Shown here: one piece after another, positions 1 to 12,534 of the stretch
Position numbering within the stretch: the stretch's first letter is position 1
Layout of the letters: each line of letters starts with the position of its first letter
DNA from: Malacoraja senta
Lineage: Eukaryota
Direction of reading: 5' to 3'
Assembly: GCA_038087875.1 (NCBI GenBank)
Contig: CM075994.1
Location: forward strand, 5,830,001-5,894,000
Length of the DNA stretch: 64,000 bases
Made by a program: the position numbers and the translations under genes
Notes under the pieces: generated by a model
Told to the model about the DNA's origin: nothing
Database searches by the model: none
What the model saw: the letters and a program-made list of their open reading frames with translations, nothing else

Positions 1-695
1 CACAATCTACCGCCGGTCCCGCCAGCACTTGCTGCCGGTCAACGAGCCCGCTCCGCCTCCCGCAGCCCCTTTTGCTCCCCCGGTTGCCGCCTCGTTGCCT
101 CCCGCTCCTCTGCCCTCGCAACCCTTGGCACCCCGTTCTCCCGCTGCTCCTCCTGGCCCCCCCCCCCCATCAGCCATCTCCCGCTCGCGTGCCCGTTGCG
201 GTGCCCTTGTCTCCTCCCCGGTCTCCTCGTTCTCCCCCTCCTGCTCACTCCCCTCTCGGTTCACCTATCGCCGCTCCTGCCCCGGTGCCCACTCTACCTT
301 CGAAGGGGGGGGGAGGCGGGCTGCATACCCGCTTCGGGCGTCTGGTCAAGCCGCCTGAACGTTACGGGGAGTTTGCTTGAATGTTTTGAGTTTTTTCCTG
401 ACGATGTACGCGCGGGTTTGTGCCTAGCGTATGAGTCGTGGTCTCACTGTCATCATTGCTATGTTTCCCTTTTCAAGGGGAAGGATGTAGAGCCGTGCAT
501 GTTCCTTTAACATGGTGACCTCACTTCTACTAACCACTCCCCATTAGCTTCAGTATAAATGTAACCTTCCCACCCCTAGCTCGCTCTCTAGCTCCGGTAA
601 TGGACCACGAACAGCTAGGGCAATATGTGTGTATACGAATGCAATGTATGCAATAAACTAGTGTGAAGACACCCTGTGTTTGGACAGTCTTTACA
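1..695 (+). mobile_element. 3' end of Gypsy-like LTR retrotransposon (pol/integrase tail, PPT, 3' LTR)
   Basis: Pro-rich region ending ...HTRFGRLVKPPERYGEFA* at 380, resembling the RxxRxxKPPxRY tail of Gypsy integrases. Polypurine tract AAGGGGAAGGA at 475-485 is directly followed by an LTR 486-695 with termini TGTAGAG...CTTTACA. Confidence 0.75.
486..695 (+). repeat. Long terminal repeat (210 bp)
   Basis: TG...CA ends with short imperfect inverted termini (TGTAGAG/CTTTACA); TATAAA at 554-559; AATAAA at 652-657; preceded by the PPT. Confidence 0.72.
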
Positions 696-3600
696 GAGAG
701 GTCTTTAAACTAAGTAGCGGGGGGGGGAGGTATCAAGGGGGGTAATAACGGCAGGGGTAGAGGAAATAGAGCAGGGTATCAGTGGGGAAACGGAAAATCA
801 AAATGTGACAGGAGGATCCAGAATGTGTGAAGATAAAGCTCTAGATGTAAAAGGGGCAAAAACAGAAAGGAAGGGTAGTAAAAATCATCTGAAAGTGCTG
901 TATCTAAATGCACGGAGTATTCGAAATAAGATAAATGAATTAACGGTGCAATTAAGTATATATAGTTATGATATCGTGGCCATTACGGAGACATGGCTGC
1001 AAGGGGATCAGGATTGGGAGTTAAATATAGAGGGGTACTCGACAATTAGAAAAGATAGACAGGAAAGAAAGGGAGGAGGGGTGGCCCTTTTAATAAGGGA
1101 GGGAATAACGGCAATAGAGAGGAAGGATATTGCGTTGAAAGATCAGGATAGTGAAACAGCTTGGGTACAGATAGAGAATAACAAGGGGAAAAAAACACTA
1201 GTGGGTGTAATTTATAGACCTCCAAATAGCTGTGACGCTGTTAGTCAGAACATAAATCTGCAAATAGTTGACGCATGTAAAAAGGGAACTGCTGTAATCA
1301 TGGGGGACTTCAATTTTCATATTAATTGGGCAAACCAAACTGGGCAGGGTAGACTAGAGGAAGAGTTTATAGAATGTATTAGAGACGGGTTCCTAGAACA
1401 GTATGTCACAGAACCGACAAGGGGGGAGGCAATCTTGGATCTGGTCCTGTGTAATGAAGCAGGATTAATTAAAAATGTCATAGTTAGGGACTCGTTGGGA
1501 ACAAGTGACCACAATATGGTCGAATTCCATATTCAAATAGAAGGGGAGCAGGTTGAAACTCAGGCTAGGGTACTTAGTCTAAATAAGGGGGATTATGAAG
1601 GTATGAGGACTGAGCTGATCAAAGTTGACTGGGATAGCAGACTCAAGAATAAGACGGTACATGAGCAGTGGTGTACGTTTAAGGATCTACTGTATAACCT
1701 TCAAGAAAAATTTATTCCTATGAAGAAAAAAAGGGGTAAGGGAAAGAACAGTCAGCCATGGCTCAGTAAAACTATAAAGGATAGTATTCGGCTGAAGGCA
1801 AGGGCATATAAGGTAGCCAGAGATAGTGGGAGGGTAGAGGATTGGGAAGCATTTAAAGGTCAGCAAAAAATAACTAAGAGATTAATTAAGACGGGGAAAA
1901 TAGACTATGAAAGGAATTTAGCGAACAACATAAAAACTAATAGTAAGAGTTTTTATAGCTATATAAAAAGAAAAAGGGTGGCTAAGGTGAACGTTGGTCC
2001 ATTGGAGGGTGAGACTGGAGAGTTGTTGGTGGGGAACATGGAAATGGCAAAGGCATTAAACGAGTATTTTGTATCAGTCTTCACCAAAGAAGACACAAAA
2101 AATATTCCAACGCTGGATAAACAGGGGGCGGTAGGAATGGAGGAGCTAAATACTATTAAGATCACCAAGGAGGTGGTATTAGGGAAATTAATGAGACTGA
2201 AGGAGGATAAATCCCCTGGGCCTGATGGATTACATCCAAGGGTCTTGAGGGAGATAGCGGTGGGGATTGTGGATGCATTGGTGATAATTTTCCAAAACTC
2301 CCTGGAGGCAGGAACGGTCCCAGTGGATTGGAAAATGGCCAATGTAACACCTATATTTAAAAAAGGAAGTAAACAGAAGGCGGGTAACTATAGACCGGTT
2401 ATTCTAACATCGGTGGTGGGTAAAATGTTAGAGACAATTATTAAAGAAACACTAACGGGGCACTTGGATAAACATGACTTCATCGGACAGAACCAGCATG
2501 GTTTTGTGAAGGGGAAGTCCTGTTTGACGAATCTGCTCGAATTCTTTGAGGAAGTAACAACCCGGGTGGATAAAGGGGAACCGGTGGATGTGGTATACTT
2601 GGACTTCCAAAAGGCTTTTGACAACGTGCCACATAAGAGACTATTGCTAAAAATAAAAAATTATGGGATTGGGGGTAATATATTAGCATGGGTAGAGGAT
2701 TGGCTAACAAATAGGAAGCAGAGAGTGGGGATAAATGGTTCATACTCGGGATGGCAACCGGTAACTAGCGGGGTTCCGCAAGGGTCGGTGCTGGGACCCC
2801 AGTTGTTCACAATTTATATAAATGATTTGGAGGAGGGAACCAAGTGTAATATATCAAAATTTGCGGACGATACAAAAATGGGAGGAAAAGTAGGGGATGA
2901 GGAGGATAGGAAGAGTCTGCAAAAGGATATAGATAAGCTAGGTGAGTGGGCAACAACTTGGCAGATGAAATTTAATACTAATAAATGTGAAGTCATTCAC
3001 TTTGGGGAAAAAAATGATAGGGCAAGTTATTTTCTAAATGAGGTGGAGCTGCGTTGTAATGCAACGCAAAGGGATCTAGGGGTAGTAGTACATGAATCAC
3101 TAAAAGTTAGTATGCAGGTGCAGCAAGCAATCAGGAAGGCCAATGGAGTTTTGGCCTTTATTGCTAGGGGGATTGAGTATAAAAACACGGAGGTCTTGCT
3201 GCAGCTGTACACAGTATTAGTGAGACCACATTTGGAATACTGTGTACAGTTCTGGGGTCCATACTTAAGAAAGGATGTACTGGCCCTGGAGGCAGTGCAG
3301 CGAAGGTTTACAAGATTAATTCCTGCAATGAGGGGATTGACATATGAGGAAAGGTTAAGTAGGCTGGAACTCTACTCTTTGGAGTTTAGAAGAATGAGAG
3401 GCGATCTCATTGAAACATATAAGATCGTGAGGGGCCTTGATCGGGTGGATGCACCGAGGATGTTCCCAATGATCGGGGAAACTAGAACTAGGGGACATAG
3501 TTGTAGAATAAGGGGGGGCTCTTTTAAAACTGAGATGAGGAAGAACTTCTTCACCCAGAGGGTGGTTAATTTATGGAATTCACTGCCCCAGGGAGCAGTG

Positions 3601-4035
3601 GAAGCAGAAACATTAAATATATTTAAGTCTAAAATAGATGGTTTTTTAGCTGCCAAGGGGATAAGGGGCTACGGGGAGAAGGCAGGGATATGGACCTAGG
3701 TATGGTTAGTATAGTAAGACCTGAGTGATCTCCTGGACAAGTGTCGATCGCCTGGATTGGGGTCGGAGAGGAATTTCCCGGATTTTTTTCCCGAATTGGA
3801 CCTGGGTTTTTATCCGGTTTTTTGCCTCCCCCAGGAGATCACGCGGTTCTTGGGGTGGAGAGGGGTGATAGCGGTATAAAGGGGAGGGTAGTGTCTTGTG
3901 TTCTGTGTCTTGTGTCTACTGTTTGTGGGTAAGGGTGTCTGTTTAGTGTTCAGCCATGAGCGAATGGCGGTGCGGGCTCGATGGGCCTGGTGGTCTACTC
4001 TCGCACCTACTTTCTATGTTTCTATGTTTCTATGT
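696..4035 (+). mobile_element. CR1 LINE (end of ORF1, intact ORF2, 3' UTR, (TTTCTATG)n tail)
   Basis: ORF1 end TTTAAACTAA plus G-run at 705-730 (the same junction occurs at 41788-41812), ORF2 at 805-3699, tandem tail at 4011-4035. Confidence 0.95.
805..3699 (+). CDS. CR1 ORF2: APE endonuclease plus reverse transcriptase, 964 aa, uninterrupted
   Basis: Endonuclease motifs YLNARS, ITETWL, GDFN and SDH; RT motifs [21 protein letters not shown] and KFADD; CR1 C-terminal RPHLEYCVQFW and FFTQRVVNLWNSLP. The track start is GTG; the first ATG is at 823. Confidence 0.95.
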   Translation: MTGGSRMCEDKALDVKGAKTERKGSKNHLKVLYLNARSIRNKINELTVQLSIYSYDIVAITETWLQGDQDWELNIEGYSTIRKDRQERKGGGVALLIREGITAIERKDIALKDQDSETAWVQIENNKGKKTLVGVIYRPPNSCDAVSQNINLQIVDACKKGTAVIMGDFNFHINWANQTGQGRLEEEFIECIRDGFLEQYVTEPTRGEAILDLVLCNEAGLIKNVIVRDSLGTSDHNMVEFHIQIEGEQVETQARVLSLNKGDYEGMRTELIKVDWDSRLKNKTVHEQWCTFKDLLYNLQEKFIPMKKKRGKGKNSQPWLSKTIKDSIRLKARAYKVARDSGRVEDWEAFKGQQKITKRLIKTGKIDYERNLANNIKTNSKSFYSYIKRKRVAKVNVGPLEGETGELLVGNMEMAKALNEYFVSVFTKEDTKNIPTLDKQGAVGMEELNTIKITKEVVLGKLMRLKEDKSPGPDGLHPRVLREIAVGIVDALVIIFQNSLEAGTVPVDWKMANVTPIFKKGSKQKAGNYRPVILTSVVGKMLETIIKETLTGHLDKHDFIGQNQHGFVKGKSCLTNLLEFFEEVTTRVDKGEPVDVVYLDFQKAFDNVPHKRLLLKIKNYGIGGNILAWVEDWLTNRKQRVGINGSYSGWQPVTSGVPQGSVLGPQLFTIYINDLEEGTKCNISKFADDTKMGGKVGDEEDRKSLQKDIDKLGEWATTWQMKFNTNKCEVIHFGEKNDRASYFLNEVELRCNATQRDLGVVVHESLKVSMQVQQAIRKANGVLAFIARGIEYKNTEVLLQLYTVLVRPHLEYCVQFWGPYLRKDVLALEAVQRRFTRLIPAMRGLTYEERLSRLELYSLEFRRMRGDLIETYKIVRGLDRVDAPRMFPMIGETRTRGHSCRIRGGSFKTEMRKNFFTQRVVNLWNSLPQGAVEAETLNIFKSKIDGFLAAKGIRGYGEKAGIWT

Positions 4036-4648
4036 CACTGTCTGTTCCGCCCTCGTGTTATTATGTACCATTATGCCTAGTATTGTAGCTGGGACTACAA
4101 CTAAGAGCAATCTAAATATCATTGTCCAATTTATCTCTTGTTATCATAGACTTTTGTGTGTGGCTCAACCTGCACCAAATGTTAAGCGTTAATCGAGTTA
4201 GATCTGAAAATTATGCTATGAACAAATCTAAAATATTTTAAAATATTTAAATGTTTATTCTACAACTCTATCTCTGAAAAGGGCGTTGACAGCTCGCGTA
4301 TAGGCTATAATGTTGTCGCAGAAGCATGAGCGCTCTAGCGCTCAATCAACGCTCTTGGAGCGAAACCTCCATGTTTCCTGGGTCTGTCCGAGAGTAAAAT
4401 ATTCTATGTCACCTCAGCTTCAGGTTTTCACGAGGCCTAAACAGGGAAAATAAGGGTAGGCACATATCGTTGGCGGACAGTTGAAACTTAATTTGTTTCA
4501 GTGATCGTACACACAGCCAATTCAATATATATCTTTGTCCGCCCTAAACTAGACAAAGACAATCGTAACTGTGGTAAAAAATCTTACAAGGAAGCGTGTG
4601 TTAAGTAGATTAATATAGCAATTACTCTTTTCATATTCCTATAAACAG

Positions 4649-4666
4649 AGGCAGCAAGGAATGCAG
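4649..4666 (+). CDS. Microexon 1 (18 nt, EAARNA)
   Basis: ttcctataaacAG|AGGCAGCAAGGAATGCAG|GTaaat; phase 1-1; first residue depends on the upstream exon. Confidence 0.75.
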
Positions 4667-5975
4667 GTAAATGCATAATGGAGCTTTTTTAAAATCATAA
4701 ACGTGTGGTAAATCAAAAAACATCTTCAAATGACACGGTGTTTAAATTCAGTTTGCCCACCTGATCTTAAAAGGAAACCGCGACTTCTTATTTTTATTTT
4801 GTGTGCCACTGGTGCTTTAAAAAATACTTTCTATAGCTCACAGCTTTCAATATTAATCATTTGTGAACTTTTTCATTTTAATCATCTTTTTTCATAGATA
4901 TTTACAGCCTTTTCAACATATAAAAATATATATGATGATAGAATCCACTTACAAATCAAAAAGACACCGAGTCCACCTGGGTTTAGAATTCCTAATTGTA
5001 GCCCTTGGATTCTATTCGGCGATGTTGATCCAATCGCATACTAATCTGCTTGCCTATAAGAAGGGCTGAGTGAGGTAGAGATTGCCCGGAGTGGATCAGA
5101 GCGAGCTTGATTTTGCCCTTTTTTTAAATGTATACTCTACCCGTAAATTATATTTCTATTTTACGTATTATTCAATATCGAGAGTACAGTTGAATTCCCA
5201 TTGTATGAGCCTCCTACCGTTACAGCCCATGCCGTTCGGCATCTATTGGCTTATTTTCATCGTATTTAGGCATTTTGTCGTCATTTTTTATTGATCCCTC
5301 AAAGTCTGAAATGATCATCAGGAATTATATCTCAAAACTGGGCGGCAGATCCAATTCAGAAGCACATAATTTTCCACAATATTCACTAATTGTTTCCATT
5401 AAATAGAAAACATAGCTACTTGTTCAAGTGTTTTAGCAAAGTGTAATGCCGCAGCCTTTTCCATCACATTATATGTTAGCACCACAGATGCAAAAGTGTT
5501 TGGCTCCAGGATTAAGGGAAAAGCGTCTCTGTATTCAGGCCTGGAAAAAGCAAAGAAGCAAACCTTCATATTCAGCTCAACGATGCATTTTACCAGCAGT
5601 TCCAACGAAAATGTCACCAACGCAGCATTAACGCATATTTTGCTCTCTCCACCGGTGCTTTCTGACCTATTATTTTCTACATTCTGTTTCACATTTCCAT
5701 CATCCGCAGTTATGTTATTGGTCGCATTCCAAATCTGTTGCTTCTTTTCTGCCTGCCATATTCTTATCCTTTGCATAATTCTTCAGGGTGGTTTAGCGGA
5801 GATTGACAACATTTTGCGAGAAAACAGAGCGGCTTTGAATCTACTCCGTCACTCACTCACACTCCGTTTGTCTTGTCAGTACCCACATATCCATAAAAAA
5901 CGTGAATCCTTTAAATGTGATAATTCAATCAACTTGATGTAAAATCATCAACCAAAAAATGTGAAGAATTTCTCG

Positions 5976-6145
5976 TGTGTAAGTAGGAACTGTAGTTTGA
6001 ACAGAAGATCGACACAAAATGCTGGAGTAACTCAGGCAGCATCTCTGGATAAAAGGAATGGGTGACATTCTCGACCCGAAATGTCACCCATTCTTTCTAT
6101 GCAGAGATGCTGCCTGTCCCGCTGAGTTATTTCAGCATTTTGTGA
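5976..6145. mobile_element. Short palindromic Penelope-derived repeat
   Basis: Arms cacaaaatgctggagtaactcag...gggtgacatt and aatgtcaccc...ctgagttatttcagcattttgtg are inverted copies of the Penelope-like terminus seen at 43191-44070. Confidence 0.7.
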
Positions 6146-6390
6146 ATAATTTATTTCCCCACATATGTTGCCGGACATCACTTTCCACCTTTTCCTTCGA
6201 ATATCACATTTCCAATATCTGTGTAGTTCGCCTTTAAGCAATTCAACTGTTGGTGTTATGGTGTAACGTAGGAAAATGTCCGATTGTCGCGGTATAAGTG
6301 TAACATTTATCAGGTTCACAAAAATGTTTCGTCCCTAAAGGCGATATGGCGATGTCATATTAATTGCTCTCATTTCGTCACATTACACAG

Positions 6391-6426
6391 ATATTAAAAA
6401 AATGAAGAGACATTTAAAAGATGCTG
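6391..6426 (+). CDS. Microexon 2 (36 nt, DIKKMKRHLKDA)
   Basis: cattacacAG|ATATTAAAAAAATGAAGAGACATTTAAAAGATGCTG|GTatga. Confidence 0.85.
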
Positions 6427-6894
6427 GTATGAAATTATATAAACGTATTCTTCTTACGCTTAATGGCAGAAACTAATGTTTTATTGTTCTATAGCTTTCC
6501 CTCTCGTGAATTTGTTTATGGGCTATCATCGCTTGCAGCAACGTGTTTGCGGTAATTTTATTGAAATACAGTTGGTACGTTAGGCATAGTTAGATATCCA
6601 TAGACGCATCTGTGAATCTATCAAGAGCATTCATAGATCCATTATAAAATGCTCGAAGACGTTCGGCTATCTTAACTTTATGTAAATGTTAAAAGAAAAA
6701 TGTTTATTGTGTGGGGTTCTGGCCGCCCGATTAAAGGAACCATCTGGAGGCTCTGGGACGCGTACAGAAGAGCTTTACCAGAATGCTGTCTGGATTAGTG
6801 GACCTTGGCCATAATGGAAGGGTGCATTGTTTACTCTTGTGCGTCGGAGGCTGAGGGGAGACATGTTCGAAAATATTAAATTATGAGAGGCAGT

Positions 6895-9579
6895 GGGTTC
6901 AAGATGGCGCGGCCCTGTCCCGTCGCCGTCCTGGCAGCTCCGCGAAAACTGCGCGTATTTTTAACTTTCATGTCCTTTTTTAACTTATTTCTAAGTTCTA
7001 GCTCGCTAGTACTAACAAAGTCTGGAAGGGAAACCCTTTTAAATCTAAACCCTAGTGTAAATGGAGACTTATTAAACGCTGTACTTACCGATCCAGCGTG
7101 GCCAGCTGAGATCAACAGAGAGCGCCGCGGCAAGAACAATGGCAGCGCGGCTCCAAGGAAGACACGGAGAAAACGCCGGGGTAAGCGGGGGGGATTCGGA
7201 ATAGGCTGAGGGCCCAAGCCTTTCGTCCTCCTCTGCCCAGCATTCTTCTGGGGGAGAGACCATTGGACCACTGCTATACGCCGTTCCGGAAGGGCTACAA
7301 AGCCGTTTCACTCCCTCCCTTAGGAAAATCTGACCAGGCTGCCATTTCCCTGCTGCCTTAACAGAGGATAGTTCGAGAAGCGGCAGTGACGAGGGACGTA
7401 AAGCGGTGGTCCGACCAGTCAGAGGCCATGCTGCAAGATGCACTGACAGATGTCGACTGGAATATGTTCCAAGCAAGTTCCAGTGACGTCAGTGAGTTCG
7501 CGGAAGCAGTCACGTACTTCATCGCAACAATAGCCGACAACATCGTCCCCACGGTGAGGGTTAGCACCTTTCCGAATCAAAAACCCTGGGTGGACAGGTC
7601 CGTTCGTGTGGCCTTGAATGCCCGCACCGCTGCCTGCAACTCAGGCCTGGCATCCGGAAATATGGAGGTCTACAAGGTGGAGTCCTACAGACTGTGAAGG
7701 GCGGTGGAGGACGCATAACGGAGGTACAGAGACAAGATGGTCACAGATGGAGCAGCAGGACACCAGACGCCTGTGGCAAGGGCTACGGACTGTAACCAAC
7801 TACCGGAGCACCCCCCCCCCCCTGAACCGGAAGAGCCGGCACCTCCCTAGCTGATGACCTGAACTCCTTCTACGCTCGTTTCGAGACGGGCAACATCACA
7901 TCAGGTCTGCCGACTAACGACAACACCGCCAGCGTGCTGGCTATCGAAGCTGAAGGGAGGTCCATCGCTGGGGATGTGCACACATTCTCGTTGTCCGAGC
8001 ACGACGTGAGGAGGGCTCTGACATGGGTGAACACGAGGAAAGCTGTAGGCCCAGATGGCATCTCGGGGCGAGTACTTAAGTCTTGAGCTACGCAGCTAGC
8101 TCCGGTGCTCACTGCAATAGTCTACCTCTCCCTGGCCAAGTCCGTGGTCCCTGCCTGCTTCAAAAGATCCGTCATTGTACCTGTACCTAAAATTGCCTCC
8201 CCAGCTTGTCTGAATGACTACCGTCCGGTGGCCCTCACATCGGTAGTCATGAAATGCTTTGAGAGGCTGGTCAAGAACACATCTGCGCCTTCCTCCCTCG
8301 CAACATGTACCCGCTACAATTCGCATACCGTCCGAACAGATCCACGGACGATGCGGTCTCCCTGGTTCTGCACACCGCTCTCTCTCATATTGACAGCCAG
8401 AAGGAGGGCTATATGAGAATGCTGTCCATAGACTTCAGTTCAGCCTTCAACACGTTAGTCCCCACAAGACGTGCCGAGTACCTGTTGGAATTGGGGCTCA
8501 ACATCCCCCCCTCCCCCCTGTGTGCCTGGGTCCTGGACTTTCTCACCGCCAGGCCCTAGGTAGTCAAGATGGGAGGAAATACATCGAGGTCCCTCACCTG
8601 AGCACAGGATCCCCGCAGGGTTGCGTCCTTAGCCCCCTACTGTACCCCCTGCACACACATGACTGTGTGGCTAGGTTCAGCTCTAATTCCATAATCAAGT
8701 TTGCTGATGACACTGTGGTGGTGGACCTGATCTCCGATAACGATAAGAAGGCATACCGAGAGGAGGTGGCTGATCTGGCACTCTGGTGTCAGGACAACAG
8801 CGTCCTCTTGAATATCAAAAAAAACAAGGAGCTGATCGTGGACTTGAGGAAGGCACATCATCCGAGGACGTACACAACATTGAAGATAAATGCGAATACT
8901 GTGGATAGGGTGTGCTGCTTAAAATAACTGGGAGTCCACATCTCAGAGGATCTGACATGGACATCACAGCTGCAGCACTGGTGAGTAAGGCAAGGCAGCG
9001 CCTTTACCACCTCAGGCAACTGAAGAAATGCAGAGTGTCTCTAAGGATCCTCCAGTGCTTCTACTCAGCGGCTCTGGAAAGCATCTTGTCCGGACACATC
9101 ACGATTTGATTTGGGAACTGCTCTGCCCAGGACAAGAAGGCTCTGCAGAGAGTAGTACACTCGCCCCCCTGCAGGAACTATACATCAGAAGGTGCAACTC
9201 CAGAGCCAATACGATCATGGGAGACCCCTTCCACCCCAGCAACGCACTGTTCTAGCTGCTACGGTCAGGCAAACGCCTCAGTTGCCATGCTGTGAAAACG
9301 GAGAGGATGAGAAGGAGTTTCTTCCCAGCGGCCATTAGGACTGTAAACTCCTATCTCTCCAGGGACTAACTTTACTGTACCTTTTTACTGTTGTGTCTTT
9401 TTGAAATTGCTGGGGTTTTTTTTCTTTTTTTCCTCCCACAAATATGCAATATGTGAATATGTGTTTCTGTTCCATTCTGTTTTGTAGTTTTTTTTGCACA
9501 ATCCGCGAGCATTCCCACTTTTCATTTCACTGCACATCTTGTATGTGTATGTGACGAATAAACTTGACTTTGACTTTGA
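6895..9579 (+). mobile_element. Decayed Rex-Babar-type LINE inserted in an older CR1 3' fragment (about 6700-6894 and 9580-9885)
   Basis: 5' CAAGATGGCG; fragmented RT with FPNQKPW, LNDYRPVALTSVVMKCFERLV, QFAYRPNRSTDDA, GSPQGCVLSPLLY, KFADD and KARQRLYHLRQL; many stops and frameshifts; AATAAA plus (CTTTGA)n tail. Confidence 0.85.
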
Positions 9580-10089
9580 ATCCCTTTTTTCCCAAGGTGG
9601 AAAATTCAAAGATTTGTTGCTTAAAGGGGAGAGGGGTAACATTTAAAGGGGATATGTAGGCCAAATGTTTTTACACGTAGAATGCATTATGCCTGGAACG
9701 AGCTTCCAGGTAGTGGAGTAGCGTGATAAGATAGTGGGATTGAAGAGTATTTTAGATATGGATGTACTTGGATGTCCAGGGATAACATATAGGCCGAGGA
9801 GAATAATTTAACGGCGTCATGATCAGCACGGACACCAAGCGTCAAAGGACCTGTTCATGTGCTGTACCGTTCTATGTTTTATGTCGATATATTCTGGATT
9901 GTTTTTCTTCACTTCAATTATCTGAGTTCCAAAATACACAGTCGCACGCACTGAGAGAAAGTTGTATGTTACTGGACACATTTTAAATTGGAGTCACGTT
10001 CTTACTTCGAGCAGGGTAAGTAAACAGTTTTTTGGTCATCGTTTTCCTGATTCATTTTGCTGAATAAACTGTGCCTTTTCTTTAAATAG

Positions 10090-10116
10090 ACGACGAGGTC
10101 GCGGCAAAAGAGGAAG
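10090..10116 (+). CDS. Microexon 3 (27 nt, DDEVAAKEE)
   Basis: ctttttctttaaatAG|ACGACGAGGTCGCGGCAAAAGAGGAAG|GTaaat. Confidence 0.85.
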
Positions 10117-11319
10117 GTAAATGATTATTGCGTGTTTCAGTATTCCGATTGCTCTGGTGATATTTCCTTTCAACGAGCGAAACATCAGACCAGGAACCTA
10201 TGAAGGTTGTTTGCGTGGATTTGTAGTAATAGTGGCTTGGAAATGTTTATTTGATGAGGAGAATGAGAATGAGATGTTTGATGGAGATTTGGACTGAGAT
10301 GATAAAAAAAAAAACAGACATCACTTCAACATGGATGCGGAGTGCTGTACGAATATACAAGTATTCTCTGTATCCCAGAGGCGTCTTTACACATTCGGTT
10401 CGTCATGCCGTGGGCGAAACGAAGATTACCAATAAAATAGAAGTCAAAGATAATTGAAAATGATAAATCATAGTGGTGAGTCACGATGCTTTGATCTTCC
10501 ACCAGCCTTCTTTATATCAACCATCAAGTACTCATCCACAACTTTGCTCGTGGCAGCATTTAGCCATAACCTTCGAAGTCTTGATGACTGAATTTCTCGT
10601 CCATTTCATTTTAATTGTTCCAAGGGTAACAGCCTCCCCCATCTTCACACCCAGTGTGCTCTATATTGCAAACAATTCCCAGAGAGTAAAACATGCTCAT
10701 CCTCTCCAAGGATATTACTCCTCATCTTAAACCCGTGCAGCTTGTATTTATACGACACAGATTATGGGGAAATATTTCCACTGTCATCATATGTATGGCC
10801 CTTTAATTTCAGACATCAATTAAGTTCTCACTCGGCTTCATTTGCTTCACGAAACACATACCATAATTTATTCAGTCTCTTCACTTAATTGGAAGGTTTA
10901 ATCCCAGTAAAATTCGTATAAACTTTCTATTTTCTGCGGAGCATATTAAGCCCTACATATACTGTCGAGGTCATAACAGGCCTGATATTCCATTAAAGAT
11001 CTAACCAATGATTAAAACATTTATACCATTGTCCATATATTTTAATTATTCAGACAGAATTATCCATAACAAGACCGTACAGCCAATTCCTGAACAATCT
11101 CTGCATTTCCAGCTGAAGACTAAGGCGTCATTCTTTTGCAACTACTATATCTTTCTCCGGAGCGAATACTAATGAGTATTATGCATTTAAGTCATCGCCA
11201 GATCTTATGGATCCACGTATATATAGTCCATTAGTCCGATAACGACGCACACTTCTCTTGCATATCTTATCCTTAATATTCTTAAACTTATATATACTTA
11301 TATACCTAGAATATACTTA

Positions 11320-12065
11320 GATTATTTTCTAAATAGGGGGGGAGAATGCAGAAATCGGAGGTGCAAATGTACTTGGGAGTGCTTGTGCAGGATTGCCAAA
11401 AGTAAATATGCAAGTCAAATCAGTAGTAACGAAACCAAACGAAAAGCTAGCATTTATTTCGAGAGGACTTGTATACAAAAATAGAGATGTAATGCTGAAG
11501 CACTATAAGGCGCTGGTCAGGTCGCATTTGGAATATAGTGAGCAAATTTGGGCACCATATCTGAGAAAGGATGTGCCGGCTCTGGAGAGGGTGCCAAGGA
11601 GGTTTACAAGAATGATCCCAGGAACGAGTATGTTAACATAAAATGAGCGTTTGACGGCACTGTACCTATATTCGCTGGAGTTTAGAAGAATGCGGGGGAC
11701 CTCATTGAAACGTACAGAATAGTGAAAGACTTGGATAGAGTGGACGTGGAGAGGACGTTTCCACTCGTGTGGTCGTCTAGGACTAGAGGTCATAGCCTCA
11801 GTCTTAAATGGCGTTATTTTGGGAAGGAGTAGAGGAGGAGTTTCTTTAGAAAGATGGATCTGTGAAATTATTTGTCACAGAAGACTGTGGAGGCAAAGTC
11901 AGTGGATATATTTAAGACAGATATAGATAGATTAATGATTATTACGGGTGTCAGATGTTATGGGGAGAATACAGAAGAATAGGGTTAGGAGGGAGATATA
12001 GATCAACCATGATTAAATGGTGGAGTAGACTTGATCGGCCGAATGGCCGAATTCTACTGCTATCA
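11320..12065 (+). mobile_element. Decayed CR1 3' fragment
   Basis: LVRSHLEYSEQIWAPYLRKDV...RRFTRMIPG motif and a CR1-type 3' UTR. Confidence 0.85.
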
Positions 12066-12534
12066 TTTATAAACGTGTGTTATTCCTTGTCTTGTCTTTT
12101 TCCCTTTATGGCCCGTCTCCACCCTCTTATTTTTGAAAATGCCTCCGAAGGTCATTCTATATTCCTGCCGGATCATGCCGATTTTCAGGCTCCATACCAA
12201 CAGTATGCTTCTGTTTTTATCAACCTTTCCATATGCCTTGACATTCATTGTTCTTTGGAGGTGCTTTTCTTACCTTTCTTTCGTAAAGTTACCAGTTTGC
12301 CCTGCAGTCTCAATATTTCACTTTAAATTGTTAACCGCTTTTTTGACGTAGATTAACACACGCCTTAGGTTAATTATGTCACATTCTTTCAATTATAATG
12401 AAAATGTATTTCGCAATGCAATATATGAATTTATGGAGTGTTGTTACACTTTTCCGTAACCATCTTTAATCTTCCGGTGCAATTGTTGCTAACCCCAAAT
12501 CATGCTCAACGGACACTTTAAGCACTTCCCCCGC

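Noticed and set aside
5399..5942. Overlapping 125-148 aa ORFs in unique-looking DNA
   Set aside because: No recognisable motif or convincing splice pattern; treated as chance ORFs or an unrecognised old repeat.
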